This document shows, in pieces, positions 45,085 through 56,380 of a DNA stretch of 64,000 nucleotides. The notes under the pieces are model-generated. The model was given only the letters and a program-made list of their open reading frames with translations. It did not search any database and was not told the origin of the DNA. Origin of the DNA: an uncultured Pelagibacteraceae bacterium (GTDB taxonomy: Bacteria > Pseudomonadota > Alphaproteobacteria > Pelagibacterales > Pelagibacteraceae); assembly GCA_902526645.1 (NCBI GenBank), contig CABZLS010000003.1, forward strand, positions 20,773 to 84,772, written 5' to 3'. Both the position numbers and the translations under genes were made by a program. Each line of letters begins with the position of its first letter. Position 1 is the stretch's first letter.

Positions 45085-45732
45085 ATGAAAAAAAATGATT
45101 TACCAAAAAAGATAGCTGTATTTCCGTTAAGCAACTTTATAATATTTCCAAAAACTACTGTGCCATTAAATATATTTGAACCTAGATACATTGATATGAT
45201 TAATGACAGTATGGAATCAAACAAATTGATTGGTATTATTCAACCAAGAAATAACCAAAATGAAAATTATATCAGTCCAGAGTTACATGATGTTGGATGT
45301 TTAGGAAAAATTATTAATTTCAAAAAAACAGATGATGGAAGATACTTAATTGAACTAAAAGGGATCATCAGGTTTAAAATTGAAAATGAATATTCAACAA
45401 ATAAAAAATATAGAGAGTTTAAAATCAATTTTGATAATTATTTTGAAGATTTAATAAGCAAAAAAGAAAATCTCGAATTTTCAGATCTAGAATTAATTTT
45501 TAAAGATCTAAAATCGCTTTTTGAAAAAAAAGGATTTATAATCAATTGGCAAGCTCTCAAAGAACAAAGTTTAGATGAAATAATTAATGCCCTTGCCATG
45601 GCTTCACCTTTTACACTTGAGGAAAAACAAATTTTATTAGAAGCACAAGATTTAAAAATAAGAAAAACAAAGATTTCAGAAATTTTAACTACTTACAATC
45701 ACGATAAATATAACAATACTACAATACAATAA
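45085..45732 (+). CDS. Stand-alone LON peptidase substrate-binding (N-terminal) domain protein
   Basis: VFPL...FP...PLNIFEPRYIDM, VGCLGKI, PFTLEEKQILLEA motifs. Confidence 0.9.
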   Translation: MKKNDLPKKIAVFPLSNFIIFPKTTVPLNIFEPRYIDMINDSMESNKLIGIIQPRNNQNENYISPELHDVGCLGKIINFKKTDDGRYLIELKGIIRFKIENEYSTNKKYREFKINFDNYFEDLISKKENLEFSDLELIFKDLKSLFEKKGFIINWQALKEQSLDEIINALAMASPFTLEEKQILLEAQDLKIRKTKISEILTTYNHDKYNNTTIQ

Positions 45733-45734
45733 GT

Positions 45735-46808
45735 TTAAAAAAATAATCCTTCGTTTGCGTATTTGATAAATTTTTCATTTAAAAATTTATTTTTTCCTAA
45801 AAACTTTACTGACTTACTCATAAAGTCGTTATCAAATTTACTTTCGAGATTAAAATATTCATAAATAAAGTCAATTCCGTTTAAAAATAGATAATTTTTA
45901 TGTTTAGTATTTTTTTCAAAATTTGAACAAATTGAACTATCTAATTGTAAACCATTATTAATTTTGTTTTTGATAATTTCTAAAAGTTCTCTTATATCTC
46001 TAATAGTCATATTAAAACCTTGTCCTGCTAAAGGGTGAATTTTATGAAGTAGATCTCCAAATGCTAAAATATTTTTGTAATGATAAACTCTTAGATTTGT
46101 CGATTTTAAACTAAATATCGAAGGTCGTTGAATTTTAGTAATTGAGTAATTTTTATTATAATTTTTAATTAAACTCTCTAGATTTATTTCTTTTTTTCCT
46201 CTTATTGAATAAACTATTGAAGTTTTTTTTTCTGATAAAGGTAAAAAAGCTAACGGACCCATTTGTGTAAAAATCTGTACTGCTGTATCGTTCTTCTTAA
46301 TTTTTTTATGCTCTATAATAGTTGCATACGCAAAACTTTTGTAATCTTTATCAATTTTTTTATAAAAAAATTTTTTCGTAAAAAAATTATTCATTTCACA
46401 ATTGATAATTAAATTGTAATTTTTTTTTAATAATTCTTGGTAATTGTAAATTTTTTTAAATTTGAAATTTTTTTTTTTAATAAGTTTGGACTTCAACAAA
46501 TTGTAAATTTGATTATTTTTTATTATGTAAAAAAGATGTTTATTTTTATTTTCAAAATTAATTAATCTTTCATTATTCAAATTTTCTGAAAAAATTTCAA
46601 TTCTATTAATTTTCCAACTTAATTTTTTTATATTTGAGATATTTTCATTAAAAAAATCAAAATTTGATTTTGAAATACTTAATGTCCTATTTTCGTTGAG
46701 TTTATTAGTTTTTTGTTTACAAAATAAATCCACAATAATACCTTGATTGACTAATGCTTTAGCTAAAGTCAAACTTGTCAATCCATCTCCTATAATGCAA
46801 ACTTTCAT
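45735..46808 (-). CDS. UbiH/UbiF-type FAD-dependent hydroxylase
   Basis: MKVCIIGDGL, GPLAFLP, FGD..HKIHPLAGQGFN motifs; start moved to ATG 46808. Confidence 0.82.
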   Translation of the reverse strand: MKVCIIGDGLTSLTLAKALVNQGIIVDLFCKQKTNKLNENRTLSISKSNFDFFNENISNIKKLSWKINRIEIFSENLNNERLINFENKNKHLFYIIKNNQIYNLLKSKLIKKKNFKFKKIYNYQELLKKNYNLIINCEMNNFFTKKFFYKKIDKDYKSFAYATIIEHKKIKKNDTAVQIFTQMGPLAFLPLSEKKTSIVYSIRGKKEINLESLIKNYNKNYSITKIQRPSIFSLKSTNLRVYHYKNILAFGDLLHKIHPLAGQGFNMTIRDIRELLEIIKNKINNGLQLDSSICSNFEKNTKHKNYLFLNGIDFIYEYFNLESKFDNDFMSKSVKFLGKNKFLNEKFIKYANEGLFF

Positions 46809-46871
46809 AATTATTTTAATTTTAACAATAAAAATTAGATGATACAAAGTGATAAATTTGATTCTGCACAT

Positions 46872-48962
46872 ATGAATATAAAAGAAATAGCCAATTCAAT
46901 ATCAATTTTTCTTTTTAAAAGATTAATTGAAATATTTGGTATAATAGTTTTTCTTCTAGGAATTTTACTTTTTATTGCATTAATTAGCTATTCACCTACC
47001 GATCCAAATTTTATATATGCAGAAAATACAGAGATAAAAAATATCTTAGGATTTCAGGGAAGTTATACATCAGATATTTTTTTTCAATCAATTGGACTAA
47101 TTTCACTTTTAATTCCATTTACATTTGTATTAACCGGTATAAATATTTTTCGGCAAAAAGAATTTTTCATATTTATCGAAAGTTTATTTTTTATAATCAT
47201 TTACTCTTTAGTAGGATCTCTATTTTTTAATTACTTTTATTCAAATAATTTTAGTATTCATATAAACGGAAATGGTGGCTTTATTGGTGAATATCTTAAT
47301 CGATCATTTATTAATAGTTTAGTAAGTTCATATGAGACAATTGCATACTATTTGTTAATTATTATTACTTTAATATTATTTTTAACGAGTATTAACTTTA
47401 AACTTAAAATTTTTTTTCAAAGTTTTAAAAAGCTTTTAAAAAGGTTTTTTGGGAAAAGTGAAAAAAATTATACTAATAAAAATGAAGTTATTGAAGAATT
47501 TTTACCTCAAGAAGAAATAAAAAATCTTATTCAAGAAGATCTTCCATTTATAAAAACAGATAAAAACTTATCTCAAAATAAAGTTCAATTCAGCCTTCCA
47601 TCTACTAATTTACTTAAAACACCTTCTAAAAAAGAAAAAATTGATACAAATAAAAACGAAAATAATGATCCAAAATTTCTCGAAAAAATACTTTTGGATT
47701 TTGGGGTTAATGGTAATATAAAAAAAGTAAGTCATGGTCCTGTTGTAACATTAAACGAATTTGAACCAGCGGCAGGAATAAAAGTCTCTAAAATTATCAA
47801 TCTATCAGATGATATAGCAAGAAACACAAGCTCTGAGTCTGCTAGAATATCAATAATACCCGGTAGTAACACAATAGGTATTGAGTTACCAAACCTTCAC
47901 CGAGAAAATGTTTTCTTAAGTGAAATTTTAAATGACACAAATTTTAAAAAAAAAGATATAAAATTGCCCATTGCTTTAGGAAAAAATATTTCTGGTTTGC
48001 CAATTATTGGAGATTTAGCATCTATGCCTCATTTATTAATAGCCGGTACAACTGGTTCAGGAAAATCAGTTTGTATAAATACCATAATCTTATCCCTACT
48101 TTATCGACACTCTCCAGAAAAATGTAAATTTATTTTAATTGATCCAAAAATGCTTGAACTTTCCACTTATGAGGGAATACCACATTTACTTTGTCCAGTA
48201 ATTACTGAAGCTAAAAAAGCAGCATCTGTTTTGGGATGGGTAGTTAAAGAAATGGAGAGCAGATACAGATTAATGACAAAAGAAGGTGTTAGAAATATTG
48301 ATGGTTATAATTCGAAACATAAACTTCCAATGCCATATATTGTTGTAGTTGTTGATGAAATGTCTGACTTAATGTTAGTTGCCGGTAAAGAAATTGAAAA
48401 CTATATTCAAAAATTATCTCAAATGGCAAGAGCTGCTGGTATTCATATTATAATGGCAACTCAAAGGCCAAGTGTTGATGTAATTACAGGAACAATTAAA
48501 GCTAACTTCCCAACAAGAATTTCATTTCAAGTTACTTCAAAAATAGATAGTCGTACAATTTTAGGTGAACAAGGTGCTGAACAATTGTTAGGTAAAGGTG
48601 ATATGCTTTACATGTCATCAGCAAATAAAGTAATAAGAATTCATGCGCCTTTTGTATCTGAAAATGAAATTGAAAAAATAAATAATTTTTTAAGATCTCA
48701 GGCCGAGCCTGATTATGTTGATGAAATTTTAAATTTTGCAGATGAAAAGGAAGTTAGTGAAAATACAAAAAATCAAGGTGATAAAGATGAATTATATACA
48801 GCTGCAGTTGAAATAATTAAAACAGAAGGAAAAGCATCTACATCCTTTTTACAAAGAAAACTTCAAATTGGTTATAATCGTGCTGCTAGGATTATCGATA
48901 TGATGGAAGCTGAGGGGATTGTGAGTAAAGCAAATCATGTTGGGAAAAGGGATGTTCTTTGA
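46872..48962 (+). CDS. ftsK: DNA translocase FtsK
   Basis: N-terminal TMs, GTTGSGKS, LIDPKMLEL, VVDEMSDL, ATQRPSVDV, C-terminal gamma domain LQIGYNRAAR. Confidence 0.96.
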   Translation: MNIKEIANSISIFLFKRLIEIFGIIVFLLGILLFIALISYSPTDPNFIYAENTEIKNILGFQGSYTSDIFFQSIGLISLLIPFTFVLTGINIFRQKEFFIFIESLFFIIIYSLVGSLFFNYFYSNNFSIHINGNGGFIGEYLNRSFINSLVSSYETIAYYLLIIITLILFLTSINFKLKIFFQSFKKLLKRFFGKSEKNYTNKNEVIEEFLPQEEIKNLIQEDLPFIKTDKNLSQNKVQFSLPSTNLLKTPSKKEKIDTNKNENNDPKFLEKILLDFGVNGNIKKVSHGPVVTLNEFEPAAGIKVSKIINLSDDIARNTSSESARISIIPGSNTIGIELPNLHRENVFLSEILNDTNFKKKDIKLPIALGKNISGLPIIGDLASMPHLLIAGTTGSGKSVCINTIILSLLYRHSPEKCKFILIDPKMLELSTYEGIPHLLCPVITEAKKAASVLGWVVKEMESRYRLMTKEGVRNIDGYNSKHKLPMPYIVVVVDEMSDLMLVAGKEIENYIQKLSQMARAAGIHIIMATQRPSVDVITGTIKANFPTRISFQVTSKIDSRTILGEQGAEQLLGKGDMLYMSSANKVIRIHAPFVSENEIEKINNFLRSQAEPDYVDEILNFADEKEVSENTKNQGDKDELYTAAVEIIKTEGKASTSFLQRKLQIGYNRAARIIDMMEAEGIVSKANHVGKRDVL

Positions 48963-49510
48963 TAAAAAAAATCTTTTTAATTACATCCTTAATATTATTT
49001 ATAAATAACGCATCTGCATCAATCAAAAATAATATAATCAACAAATTCAATGATATTGAAAATATATCATTTAAATTTGAACAAAATATAAATGGTAAGA
49101 TTGAAAAAGGTGATTGTACGATAGAATATCCAAAGAAAATTTTTTGTAAATATGATTTAGCTAACAATAAAATTTTAGTTTCAAATGGTAAATCATTGGT
49201 GATTAAAACTATTAATAGTTATTATCTATATCCACTTGAGAAAACACCGTTGAGTCTGATACTTGATAAAGAACTTTTATTAAAAAAAATAAAATATTTA
49301 GATGAAAGAGATATAAATGAAAATTTTGTAAATTTTAGCTTTAAAGAAAATGACAATGAAATTAATCTTTTTTTTGATAAAAAAACTTTTAATCTAATTG
49401 GTTGGCAAACCATTGATATATATCAAAATATAAGCATTACATATCTTTCCTCAATTAGAAGAAATCAAAAATTAGAGAAAAAATTATTTCAACTACCAGA
49501 AAATGATTAA
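48959..49510 (+). CDS. lolA: Outer-membrane lipoprotein chaperone LolA
   Basis: Signal peptide, F.Q, YP..K....Y, LVSNG, YPLEKTPL; follows ftsK. Confidence 0.8.
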   Translation: MIKKIFLITSLILFINNASASIKNNIINKFNDIENISFKFEQNINGKIEKGDCTIEYPKKIFCKYDLANNKILVSNGKSLVIKTINSYYLYPLEKTPLSLILDKELLLKKIKYLDERDINENFVNFSFKENDNEINLFFDKKTFNLIGWQTIDIYQNISITYLSSIRRNQKLEKKLFQLPEND

Positions 49511-49511
49511 A

Positions 49512-50015
49512 TTATAAAATAATTGTTTCTGTTTTAAAGATTTTCATTCCTCTTGAAATATAATTTTTTAATGCATTTCTATGATCTAATGAACAAGTGT
49601 GAACCCAAACTCTTTTAGGCTTATTTGAAAAAGATTTCTTTATTGCTGTTGACAAAAGGTATGAACCTAATTTTTTATTCTGATATTCCTCTAATAATCC
49701 TAAATAAGCTATTTCTACCTCACTCTTCTCAGAATGAAATATAAGTTCGAAATACCCGGCTAAATCTTCTTTATTTTTTAAAATATAAGTTTTTACTCTT
49801 TTATCATTTACGTAATTTTCCCATTGATTTTCTGTCCAACTTAATCGATCAACCCAATGGTGATTTTTTCCAATTTTTTTATAAAAAAACTTATTAATTT
49901 GAAAATTGGATGGCTTTAATAATGTAATTGAATTATTTTCTGAATAATTAGAGCTATCATTTAATTCATTAAGAAAATTAATTTCCAAGTAGTTCCTCTC
50001 AACTTTTTTATTCAC
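49512..50015 (-). CDS. GNAT family N-acetyltransferase
   Basis: AGYFEL, IAYLGL..EYQNKKLG, RVWVHTCSLDH..AL.NY..RG motifs. Confidence 0.88.
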   Translation of the reverse strand: MNKKVERNYLEINFLNELNDSSNYSENNSITLLKPSNFQINKFFYKKIGKNHHWVDRLSWTENQWENYVNDKRVKTYILKNKEDLAGYFELIFHSEKSEVEIAYLGLLEEYQNKKLGSYLLSTAIKKSFSNKPKRVWVHTCSLDHRNALKNYISRGMKIFKTETIIL

Positions 50016-50377
50016 TCGACCATCTTCCCTACTCTTTCACCTCCGAATAGATGAAAATGCAAATGAGGTACTTCTTGACCTCCATGCTCACTTATATTAA
50101 CTAAAGCTCTATATCCTTTACCAGTGTCTACTGATATACCAAGCTTTTTTGCAACTAAATTTATACCCCTAAATAAACCCACTATCTCTTCTGAAGAGGC
50201 TTTTTGACTAAAATCATCAAGATCAATATATTTTCCTTTAGGTATTACTAATACATGAATTTTTTTTTGTGGATTAATATCATGAAATGACAATACGTAA
50301 TCATCCTCATAGATCTTTTTACAAGGAATTTCTCCTCTTAAAATTTTAGCAAAGATATTATTATCATCGTAACTCAT
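50012..50377 (-). CDS. Histidine triad nucleotide-binding protein (HinT-like)
   Basis: NIFAKILRGEIP, GQEVPHLHFHL.GG motifs. Confidence 0.93.
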   Translation of the reverse strand: MSYDDNNIFAKILRGEIPCKKIYEDDYVLSFHDINPQKKIHVLVIPKGKYIDLDDFSQKASSEEIVGLFRGINLVAKKLGISVDTGKGYRALVNISEHGGQEVPHLHFHLFGGERVGKMVE

Positions 50378-50646
50378 TTTTTTCTTTTATTAAGTTCCTC
50401 CACTACATCTTCAATTTTTATATCATATGCTTCTAAATACATTATCAAATGATAAAAAACATCTGCTGCCTCGTGAATTTTATTTGAGTTATTTTCTACT
50501 GCCTCAATAAGTTCATTTATTTCTTCTAATACTTTATCTTTAATTAAAGATTTATCACTGAGTAATTTATTTGTATAAGAACCTTCCACTGGAGATTTTT
50601 TTCTCTCTCTTGCTAGTTTAATCAAATTTTCTAAAGTGCTGAGCAT
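50374..50646 (-). CDS. hisE: Phosphoribosyl-ATP pyrophosphatase
   Basis: SYT..L, KVLEE..E, EAADV.YHL motifs. Confidence 0.93.
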   Translation of the reverse strand: MLSTLENLIKLARERKKSPVEGSYTNKLLSDKSLIKDKVLEEINELIEAVENNSNKIHEAADVFYHLIMYLEAYDIKIEDVVEELNKRKK

Positions 50647-50647
50647 A

Positions 50648-51403
50648 TCAAATTCTAACAGGAATCCCTTTTGAGTCCAAATATTCCTTAGCTTCTTTTA
50701 TTGAATGTTTTCCATAATGAAATATGGAAGCCGCTAAAACTGCGCTAGCTTTTCCTAATTTAATTCCATCCACTAAGTGATCTAAATTACCAACACCACC
50801 AGAAGCAATTACAGGAATATTAACTTTAGATGAAATTTTAGACATCAAATCAATATCATAACCAACTTGTGTTCCATCCCTATCCATAGAGGTTATTAGT
50901 AATTCTCCGGCCCCATTTTTCTCCATTAGTTTCGCATACTCCAATGCATCAATACCACTATTATTTCTTCCTCCGTGAGTAAAGACTTCCCACTTATCTC
51001 CGTTTTTTTTAGCATCTATTGCAACTACAATGCATTGGGATCCAAACTTTTTTGAACTATCAATAACAACTTTAGAATTTTCAACTGCTGCTGTATTAAT
51101 AGAAACTTTGTCAGCACCACAGTTAAGTAATTTATTAATATCTTCTACACTTTTAATTCCACCCCCAACAGTTAAAGGAACAAAACACTTCTTTGAAGTT
51201 TTTTCTACAACATCGTAAATGATATCTCTCTTTTCATTAGAAGCAGTTATATCCAAAAAACAAATCTCATCAGCTCCACCATCACTATAAATTTTTGCTT
51301 GTTCAACAGGATCACCAGCATCTTTTAAATCAACGAAATTAATTCCTTTTACAACACGTCCATTTTTAACATCCAGGCACGGAATGATTCTATTCTTAAG
51401 CAT
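50648..51403 (-). CDS. hisF: Imidazole glycerol phosphate synthase cyclase subunit
   Basis: [30 protein letters not shown] motifs. Confidence 0.97.
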   Translation of the reverse strand: MLKNRIIPCLDVKNGRVVKGINFVDLKDAGDPVEQAKIYSDGGADEICFLDITASNEKRDIIYDVVEKTSKKCFVPLTVGGGIKSVEDINKLLNCGADKVSINTAAVENSKVVIDSSKKFGSQCIVVAIDAKKNGDKWEVFTHGGRNNSGIDALEYAKLMEKNGAGELLITSMDRDGTQVGYDIDLMSKISSKVNIPVIASGGVGNLDHLVDGIKLGKASAVLAASIFHYGKHSIKEAKEYLDSKGIPVRI

Positions 51404-52112
51404 CCTCTTTTACTAGCTCCTCTAATTTAATTTCATCATCATAGATGGCTTTACCGACTATTATACCTTCAACGTTTTTTAAATTCTTTGCTTTTTTAAT
51501 ATCATCTATTGATGAAACACCACCTGAGATAATTACAGGACAATTTGATATCTCAGCAACTTTTATTGTTTCATCAAAATTTGGGCTTTGCTTCATTCCA
51601 TCTCTGTTTATATCAGTATAAATCAATCTACTTGCGCCAAAATCGTTCACTTCTTTCAAATAATCTAAAGTCAATTTATTGGAATTTTCCCTCCAACCTG
51701 AAACTGATAAATATCCATCTTTAGCATCTAACCCTAAGGCAATTTTATTTGGAAATTTTTCACAAGCCTCTTTTAGAAAATTTTTATCTTTTATAGCAGC
51801 ACTTCCTAAAATAACTTTTTCAACACCGGCATCAGTATATTTCTGAATACTTTCAAAATTTCTGATACCTCCACCAATTTCAATTTTAAAATCAAATTTT
51901 GTGACTATTTCTTTAATAATATCCAAATTAATTGTTTGACCAGTTAAAGCTCCATCCAAATCAACTATATGCAAGTTTTTAAAACCAAAATCTTTATATT
52001 TACCAGCTTGCTCAACTGGTGACAGTTTATATTCAGTTTTATTATCAAAATCTCCTTTGACTAACCTCACACATTTTTTATCTTTAATATCTATTGCTGG
52101 AAATATTTTCAT
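51396..52112 (-). CDS. hisA: ProFAR isomerase
   Basis: IFPAIDI....[26 protein letters not shown] motifs. Confidence 0.96.
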   Translation of the reverse strand: MKIFPAIDIKDKKCVRLVKGDFDNKTEYKLSPVEQAGKYKDFGFKNLHIVDLDGALTGQTINLDIIKEIVTKFDFKIEIGGGIRNFESIQKYTDAGVEKVILGSAAIKDKNFLKEACEKFPNKIALGLDAKDGYLSVSGWRENSNKLTLDYLKEVNDFGASRLIYTDINRDGMKQSPNFDETIKVAEISNCPVIISGGVSSIDDIKKAKNLKNVEGIIVGKAIYDDEIKLEELVKEDA

Positions 52113-52739
52113 TTACAAGTTTATAAAATTATCAATTATTTTAAGTCCCATCTTATCGCTCTTTTCAGGGTGAAATTGGGTTCCAAATATATTTTCTTTT
52201 TCAACAGAACAAACAATGTTTGATGAATAATCTGTTGTTGCTGAAATCACTTTTTTATCATTTGGTACAAATTCATAACTATGAACAAAATACATGTGAG
52301 AATTATTAACTATATGTTTAAAAATTTTACTGTCTTTGACAATATTGATTTGGTTCCAGCCAATATGAGGCAGTTTAAATTTTCCATCTTGATTATTTAT
52401 TTTTGAAACTTTTCCCGAGATCCATCCTAACCCCTTAGTTTCAGTTTCCTCATAGCCAACATCGGCAAACATTTGTAAGCCAACACAAATTCCAAGAAGA
52501 GGTTTTTTATTAGTTATTGCAAAGTCATTAAGTGTATCTGAAAGACCATTAATATTGTTTAAAGCTTCTACACAGCTTTTAAAGGAACCCTGCCCTGGTA
52601 AAACTACTTTATCACTTGATTTAATCTTATTTAAATCTGAAGTTACCTCGATATTTACTTTGTCTTTGGCAACTTCTTTAAAAGAGTTTATTACCGAGCT
52701 TATATTGCCCGAGTTGTAATCAACAATTGTAACTTTCAT
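52113..52739 (-). CDS. hisH: Imidazole glycerol phosphate synthase glutaminase subunit
   Basis: LPGQG, GICVG.Q, PHIGWN, YFVHSY, QFHPEKS motifs. Confidence 0.96.
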   Translation of the reverse strand: MKVTIVDYNSGNISSVINSFKEVAKDKVNIEVTSDLNKIKSSDKVVLPGQGSFKSCVEALNNINGLSDTLNDFAITNKKPLLGICVGLQMFADVGYEETETKGLGWISGKVSKINNQDGKFKLPHIGWNQINIVKDSKIFKHIVNNSHMYFVHSYEFVPNDKKVISATTDYSSNIVCSVEKENIFGTQFHPEKSDKMGLKIIDNFINL

Positions 52740-52744
52740 TAATT

Positions 52745-53335
52745 TTATAATGAGCCTTTAGTAGAAGGAATTGATTTACTATTCCTAGGGTCTATCTCTA
52801 ATGCAGCTCTTAATGATCTTGCAAGTCCTTTAAAGCAAGACTCAATAATGTGGTGACTATTGTCCCCATAAATATTTTCAACATGTAAAGTAATTCCGGC
52901 GGCTTGAGAAAACGCTTGAAACCATTCTTTGAAAAGTTCAGTGTCCATTTCTCCAAGTTTTTCAACTTTTAAATTTACTTTCCAAATTAAATAAGGTCTA
53001 TTAGAAATATCAATTGCTACACGTGATAAAGTTTCATCCATTGGGATCATCGCGTGAGCATACCTTCTAATTCCAACGGATTTTTTAAGAGCTTTTTTTA
53101 AAGCTTCACCAATAGCGATTCCTGTATCTTCAGTTGTGTGGTGTAAATCAATATGAGTATCGCCTTTAGCTTTAATATTCATATCTATTGAAGAATGCTT
53201 AGATAGTTGTTCAAGCATGTGGTTTAAAAAACCAATTCCTGTGTCAATTTTGTATTTACCCTTGCCATCAATATTTAAATCAACACTAATACTTGTCTCT
53301 TTTGTTTTCCTACTGATTTTACCTTTACGCTTCAT
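52745..53335 (-). CDS. hisB: Imidazoleglycerol-phosphate dehydratase
   Basis: [41 protein letters not shown] motifs. Confidence 0.97.
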   Translation of the reverse strand: MKRKGKISRKTKETSISVDLNIDGKGKYKIDTGIGFLNHMLEQLSKHSSIDMNIKAKGDTHIDLHHTTEDTGIAIGEALKKALKKSVGIRRYAHAMIPMDETLSRVAIDISNRPYLIWKVNLKVEKLGEMDTELFKEWFQAFSQAAGITLHVENIYGDNSHHIIESCFKGLARSLRAALEIDPRNSKSIPSTKGSL

Positions 53336-53391
53336 AATTAAAAACAGGTATACATATATTATTCAATTATGGCAATAATACTAAAGCTGGG

Positions 53392-53420
53392 CTTGAACTA
53401 TTAAAAATAGTATCCATTTA
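53392..53420 (+). promoter_or_regulatory. Putative RpoH (sigma32) promoter of hslVU
   Basis: CTTGAA-N15-TCCATTTA, ending 6 nt before the hslV ATG. Confidence 0.7.
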
Positions 53421-53426
53421 TAAGCT

Positions 53427-53942
53427 ATGACAACGATTGTTTTAGTAAGAAAAAATAATGAAGTAGTTGTGGCTGGAGATGGCCAAGTTAGTATGGGAAA
53501 TACAGTTGTTAAGAGCACTGCTTCAAAAGTAAGAAAAATTGAAAAAAGAGGTGTTGTAGCTGGATTTGCAGGTTCAACTGCTGACGCGCTTACTTTATTC
53601 GAAAGATTAGAAGCTAAATTAGAGAAACACGCTGGAAACTTATCAAGGGCTGCTGTTGAGCTAGCTAAAGATTGGCGAACAGATAAATATTTAAGAAGAC
53701 TTGAAGCTTTAATGGCCGTTGGAGATAAACAAAATAGTTATATAATTTCTGGAACTGGAGATGTCCTAGAACCAGAGGGAGATGTAATTGGTATAGGCTC
53801 TGGAGGAAATTACGCCCTGGCTGCTGGAAAAGTTTTAATGGGGTCAGAAATGAGTGCTGAACAGCTTGCAAAAAAATCAATTGAAGTCGCTGCTGAAATA
53901 TGTGTGTTTACAAATAATAACGTAAAAATAGAAAAGATATAA
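53427..53942 (+). CDS. hslV: ATP-dependent protease subunit HslV
   Basis: [25 protein letters not shown] motifs. Confidence 0.97.
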   Translation: MTTIVLVRKNNEVVVAGDGQVSMGNTVVKSTASKVRKIEKRGVVAGFAGSTADALTLFERLEAKLEKHAGNLSRAAVELAKDWRTDKYLRRLEALMAVGDKQNSYIISGTGDVLEPEGDVIGIGSGGNYALAAGKVLMGSEMSAEQLAKKSIEVAAEICVFTNNNVKIEKI

Positions 53943-55315
53943 TGGATAAATCTAACGTAACGCAATTACATCCTAAAGATAAAGATAAATCTAAAGAAAG
54001 TTTTTTAGGTAGCTCGTTATCACCAAGAGAAATTGTATCAGAATTAGATAGATTTGTAGTAGGACAAAACAAAGCAAAAAGAGCCGTGGCTGTTGCTTTA
54101 AGAAACAGATGGAGAAGACAAGCGCTAGAGGGTGAAATGAAAAATGAAGTTTTACCAAAAAATATATTAATGATTGGACCCACAGGTGTTGGTAAAACAG
54201 AAATTTCAAGAAGATTATCTAAATTGGCTGAGGCTCCCTTTGTAAAAGTAGAAGCAACAAGATTTACTGAAGTTGGATACGTTGGCAGAGACGTAGAACA
54301 AATAATAAGAGATTTAATTGAAATTGCAATTGCAATGGAAAAAGTGAAAAAAAGAAAGGAAGTAAAAGCAAAAGCACAAAAGCTAGCTGAGGAAAAAGTA
54401 TTAGATGCTTTAGTTGGTAAAAAAGCAAGTGCTGCTACAAGAGAAAGTTTTAGACAAAGATTAAGAAATGGTGACTTAGATGATAATGAAATAGAAATTG
54501 CTGTAAGTAATACAGGAAATAATAACACATCATTTGAAATTCCTGGAATGCCTGGTGCTAATGTTGGAATGATTAACATCGGTGAAATGCTTGGAAAATC
54601 AATGGGTGTAAAAGAAAAAAAGAAAAAAATGACTGTAAAAGAGTCTCACGAAATTTTAATAAATGATGAGTCTGATAAATTAATTGAACAAGATAAAATC
54701 ATTAAAACTGCAAAAACTTCAACCGAGAATAATGGAATAGTTTTCTTAGATGAGATAGATAAAATTTCAGGAAGAACTGATAGAGTTGGTGGTGATGTCT
54801 CAAGAGAAGGTGTTCAAAGAGATTTGCTTCCTTTAATAGAAGGTACAACAGTTAACACAAAATATGGACCAATTAAGACAGATCACATTTTGTTTATTGC
54901 CTCTGGAGCATTTCAACTCGCTAAACCATCAGATTTATTGCCCGAATTACAAGGCAGATTGCCTATCAGAGTAGAGTTGGAAGCCTTAACTAGCGAAGAT
55001 TTTAAAAGGATTTTGAAAGAACCCGATTACAGTTTAATTAAACAATATGTTGCTTTACTAAAAACTGAAAATGTTGAATTAGAATTTTCTGATGATGGGA
55101 TTGATGCAATAGCCAATATAGCTTCAGAAGTTAATTCTACAGTTGAAAATATTGGAGCTAGAAGATTACACACTATCATAGAAAAAATATTAGATGAAAT
55201 TAGTTTTACTGCCACAGATAGATCTGGTGAGAAAATTATAATTAATAAAGATTATATAAATAAAAATTTAAGCAATTTAGTCAAAGATACCGATTTATCT
55301 AAATTTATACTTTAG
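53942..55315 (+). CDS. hslU: ATP-dependent protease ATPase subunit HslU
   Basis: [38 protein letters not shown] motifs. Confidence 0.97.
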   Translation: MDKSNVTQLHPKDKDKSKESFLGSSLSPREIVSELDRFVVGQNKAKRAVAVALRNRWRRQALEGEMKNEVLPKNILMIGPTGVGKTEISRRLSKLAEAPFVKVEATRFTEVGYVGRDVEQIIRDLIEIAIAMEKVKKRKEVKAKAQKLAEEKVLDALVGKKASAATRESFRQRLRNGDLDDNEIEIAVSNTGNNNTSFEIPGMPGANVGMINIGEMLGKSMGVKEKKKKMTVKESHEILINDESDKLIEQDKIIKTAKTSTENNGIVFLDEIDKISGRTDRVGGDVSREGVQRDLLPLIEGTTVNTKYGPIKTDHILFIASGAFQLAKPSDLLPELQGRLPIRVELEALTSEDFKRILKEPDYSLIKQYVALLKTENVELEFSDDGIDAIANIASEVNSTVENIGARRLHTIIEKILDEISFTATDRSGEKIIINKDYINKNLSNLVKDTDLSKFIL

Positions 55316-55721
55316 TTTTTTTAAGATAAATATAAAACGATCCACTTCCACCATCTTCAATATCTGCTTCCCTAATATAGTTTATCAAGTTCATCAAATT
55401 TTTGTCATTTTTAATAAATTCTGGAACAGAATTTTTTAAAATACCAAATTCTTTAGAGACATAAGGATCCTTTTCATTATTTGAGTGAAGACCTTTGCCG
55501 GTAACAATTACTAATTTATATATACCATTATTATAAGATTGTTCTATTAGCTCTTTAATTCTATTATTAGCCTCATCTAAACTGTAACCATGTAAATCAA
55601 ATGTTAAAGTTTTCTTGATTTTTTTTTTTGAACTATCTTCATCTTTTACTGGTAAAGGATCATTTTTAGACAAAAAATCGTTCCAATCTTTTTTGTCTTT
55701 TTCTGAAATTTTTTTAGCCAA
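55305..55721 (-). CDS. Smr/MutS2 C-terminal domain protein
   Basis: [24 protein letters not shown] motifs. Confidence 0.92.
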   Translation of the reverse strand: MAKKISEKDKKDWNDFLSKNDPLPVKDEDSSKKKIKKTLTFDLHGYSLDEANNRIKELIEQSYNNGIYKLVIVTGKGLHSNNEKDPYVSKEFGILKNSVPEFIKNDKNLMNLINYIREADIEDGGSGSFYIYLKKTKV

Positions 55722-56318
55722 TTAAGTTAAAGTTTCTATTAACTGCCAATTTGGATTGTTTGACCTTATGTCTCTTGAAAAAACCCAGGTATCATAAATT
55801 TTTTTAATTTGATCAGGAGATCCAGATACAATTTTTTTATCTTTATCTCGAATACATGTTATGACTTCAGCTACAAATTCGACTGTGACTTGTAGTGCCT
55901 TATTAATATTTTTATGCTCTTTTATGTCTGCAGAATTGATACCTATAAAAGTAATCTCAGCATAATGACCTCTTTTCTTTCTTTCAGTTAGAGCTTGATT
56001 AAACTGATCGTAAATTTTTTTACTTAACAAAGGTTTACTTGTAGTAAGTTTATTATCATTATCACTAAAATCAGTAATTATCGTTTCGTATGCAATTTTA
56101 GCACCTTTTAAAAAATCTTTTTGTGCATTTTCATCGAAGACTTGATTTGAAAAATCATTTTTATTAGGTCTTGGGTTTTTTAAAATTTCTTCAAATTGAG
56201 GAAATGTTTTTCCCTCAAAGCCAGTTCTTTTGCCTAAAATCCCCCTTAATCTTAAAAAGATAAATCCTGCTATCATTGCTAGCAGAATGATATCTATATA
56301 CTCGAAGCTATAATTCAT
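55722..56318 (-). CDS. Tim44/TimA family protein
   Basis: IFLRLRGILGKRTG, F..GAKIAYE.I, DTWVFSR....NPNW motifs. Confidence 0.92.
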   Translation of the reverse strand: MNYSFEYIDIILLAMIAGFIFLRLRGILGKRTGFEGKTFPQFEEILKNPRPNKNDFSNQVFDENAQKDFLKGAKIAYETIITDFSDNDNKLTTSKPLLSKKIYDQFNQALTERKKRGHYAEITFIGINSADIKEHKNINKALQVTVEFVAEVITCIRDKDKKIVSGSPDQIKKIYDTWVFSRDIRSNNPNWQLIETLT

Positions 56319-56380
56319 AATTTAATATAATAGTAATTACTCTGTTGATTAATTTCAACTAGCAATTAAATTAAAGACAA

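Noticed and set aside
53908-54579. 223-aa minus-strand ORF
   Set aside because: Typical antisense frame of the conserved hslU gene.
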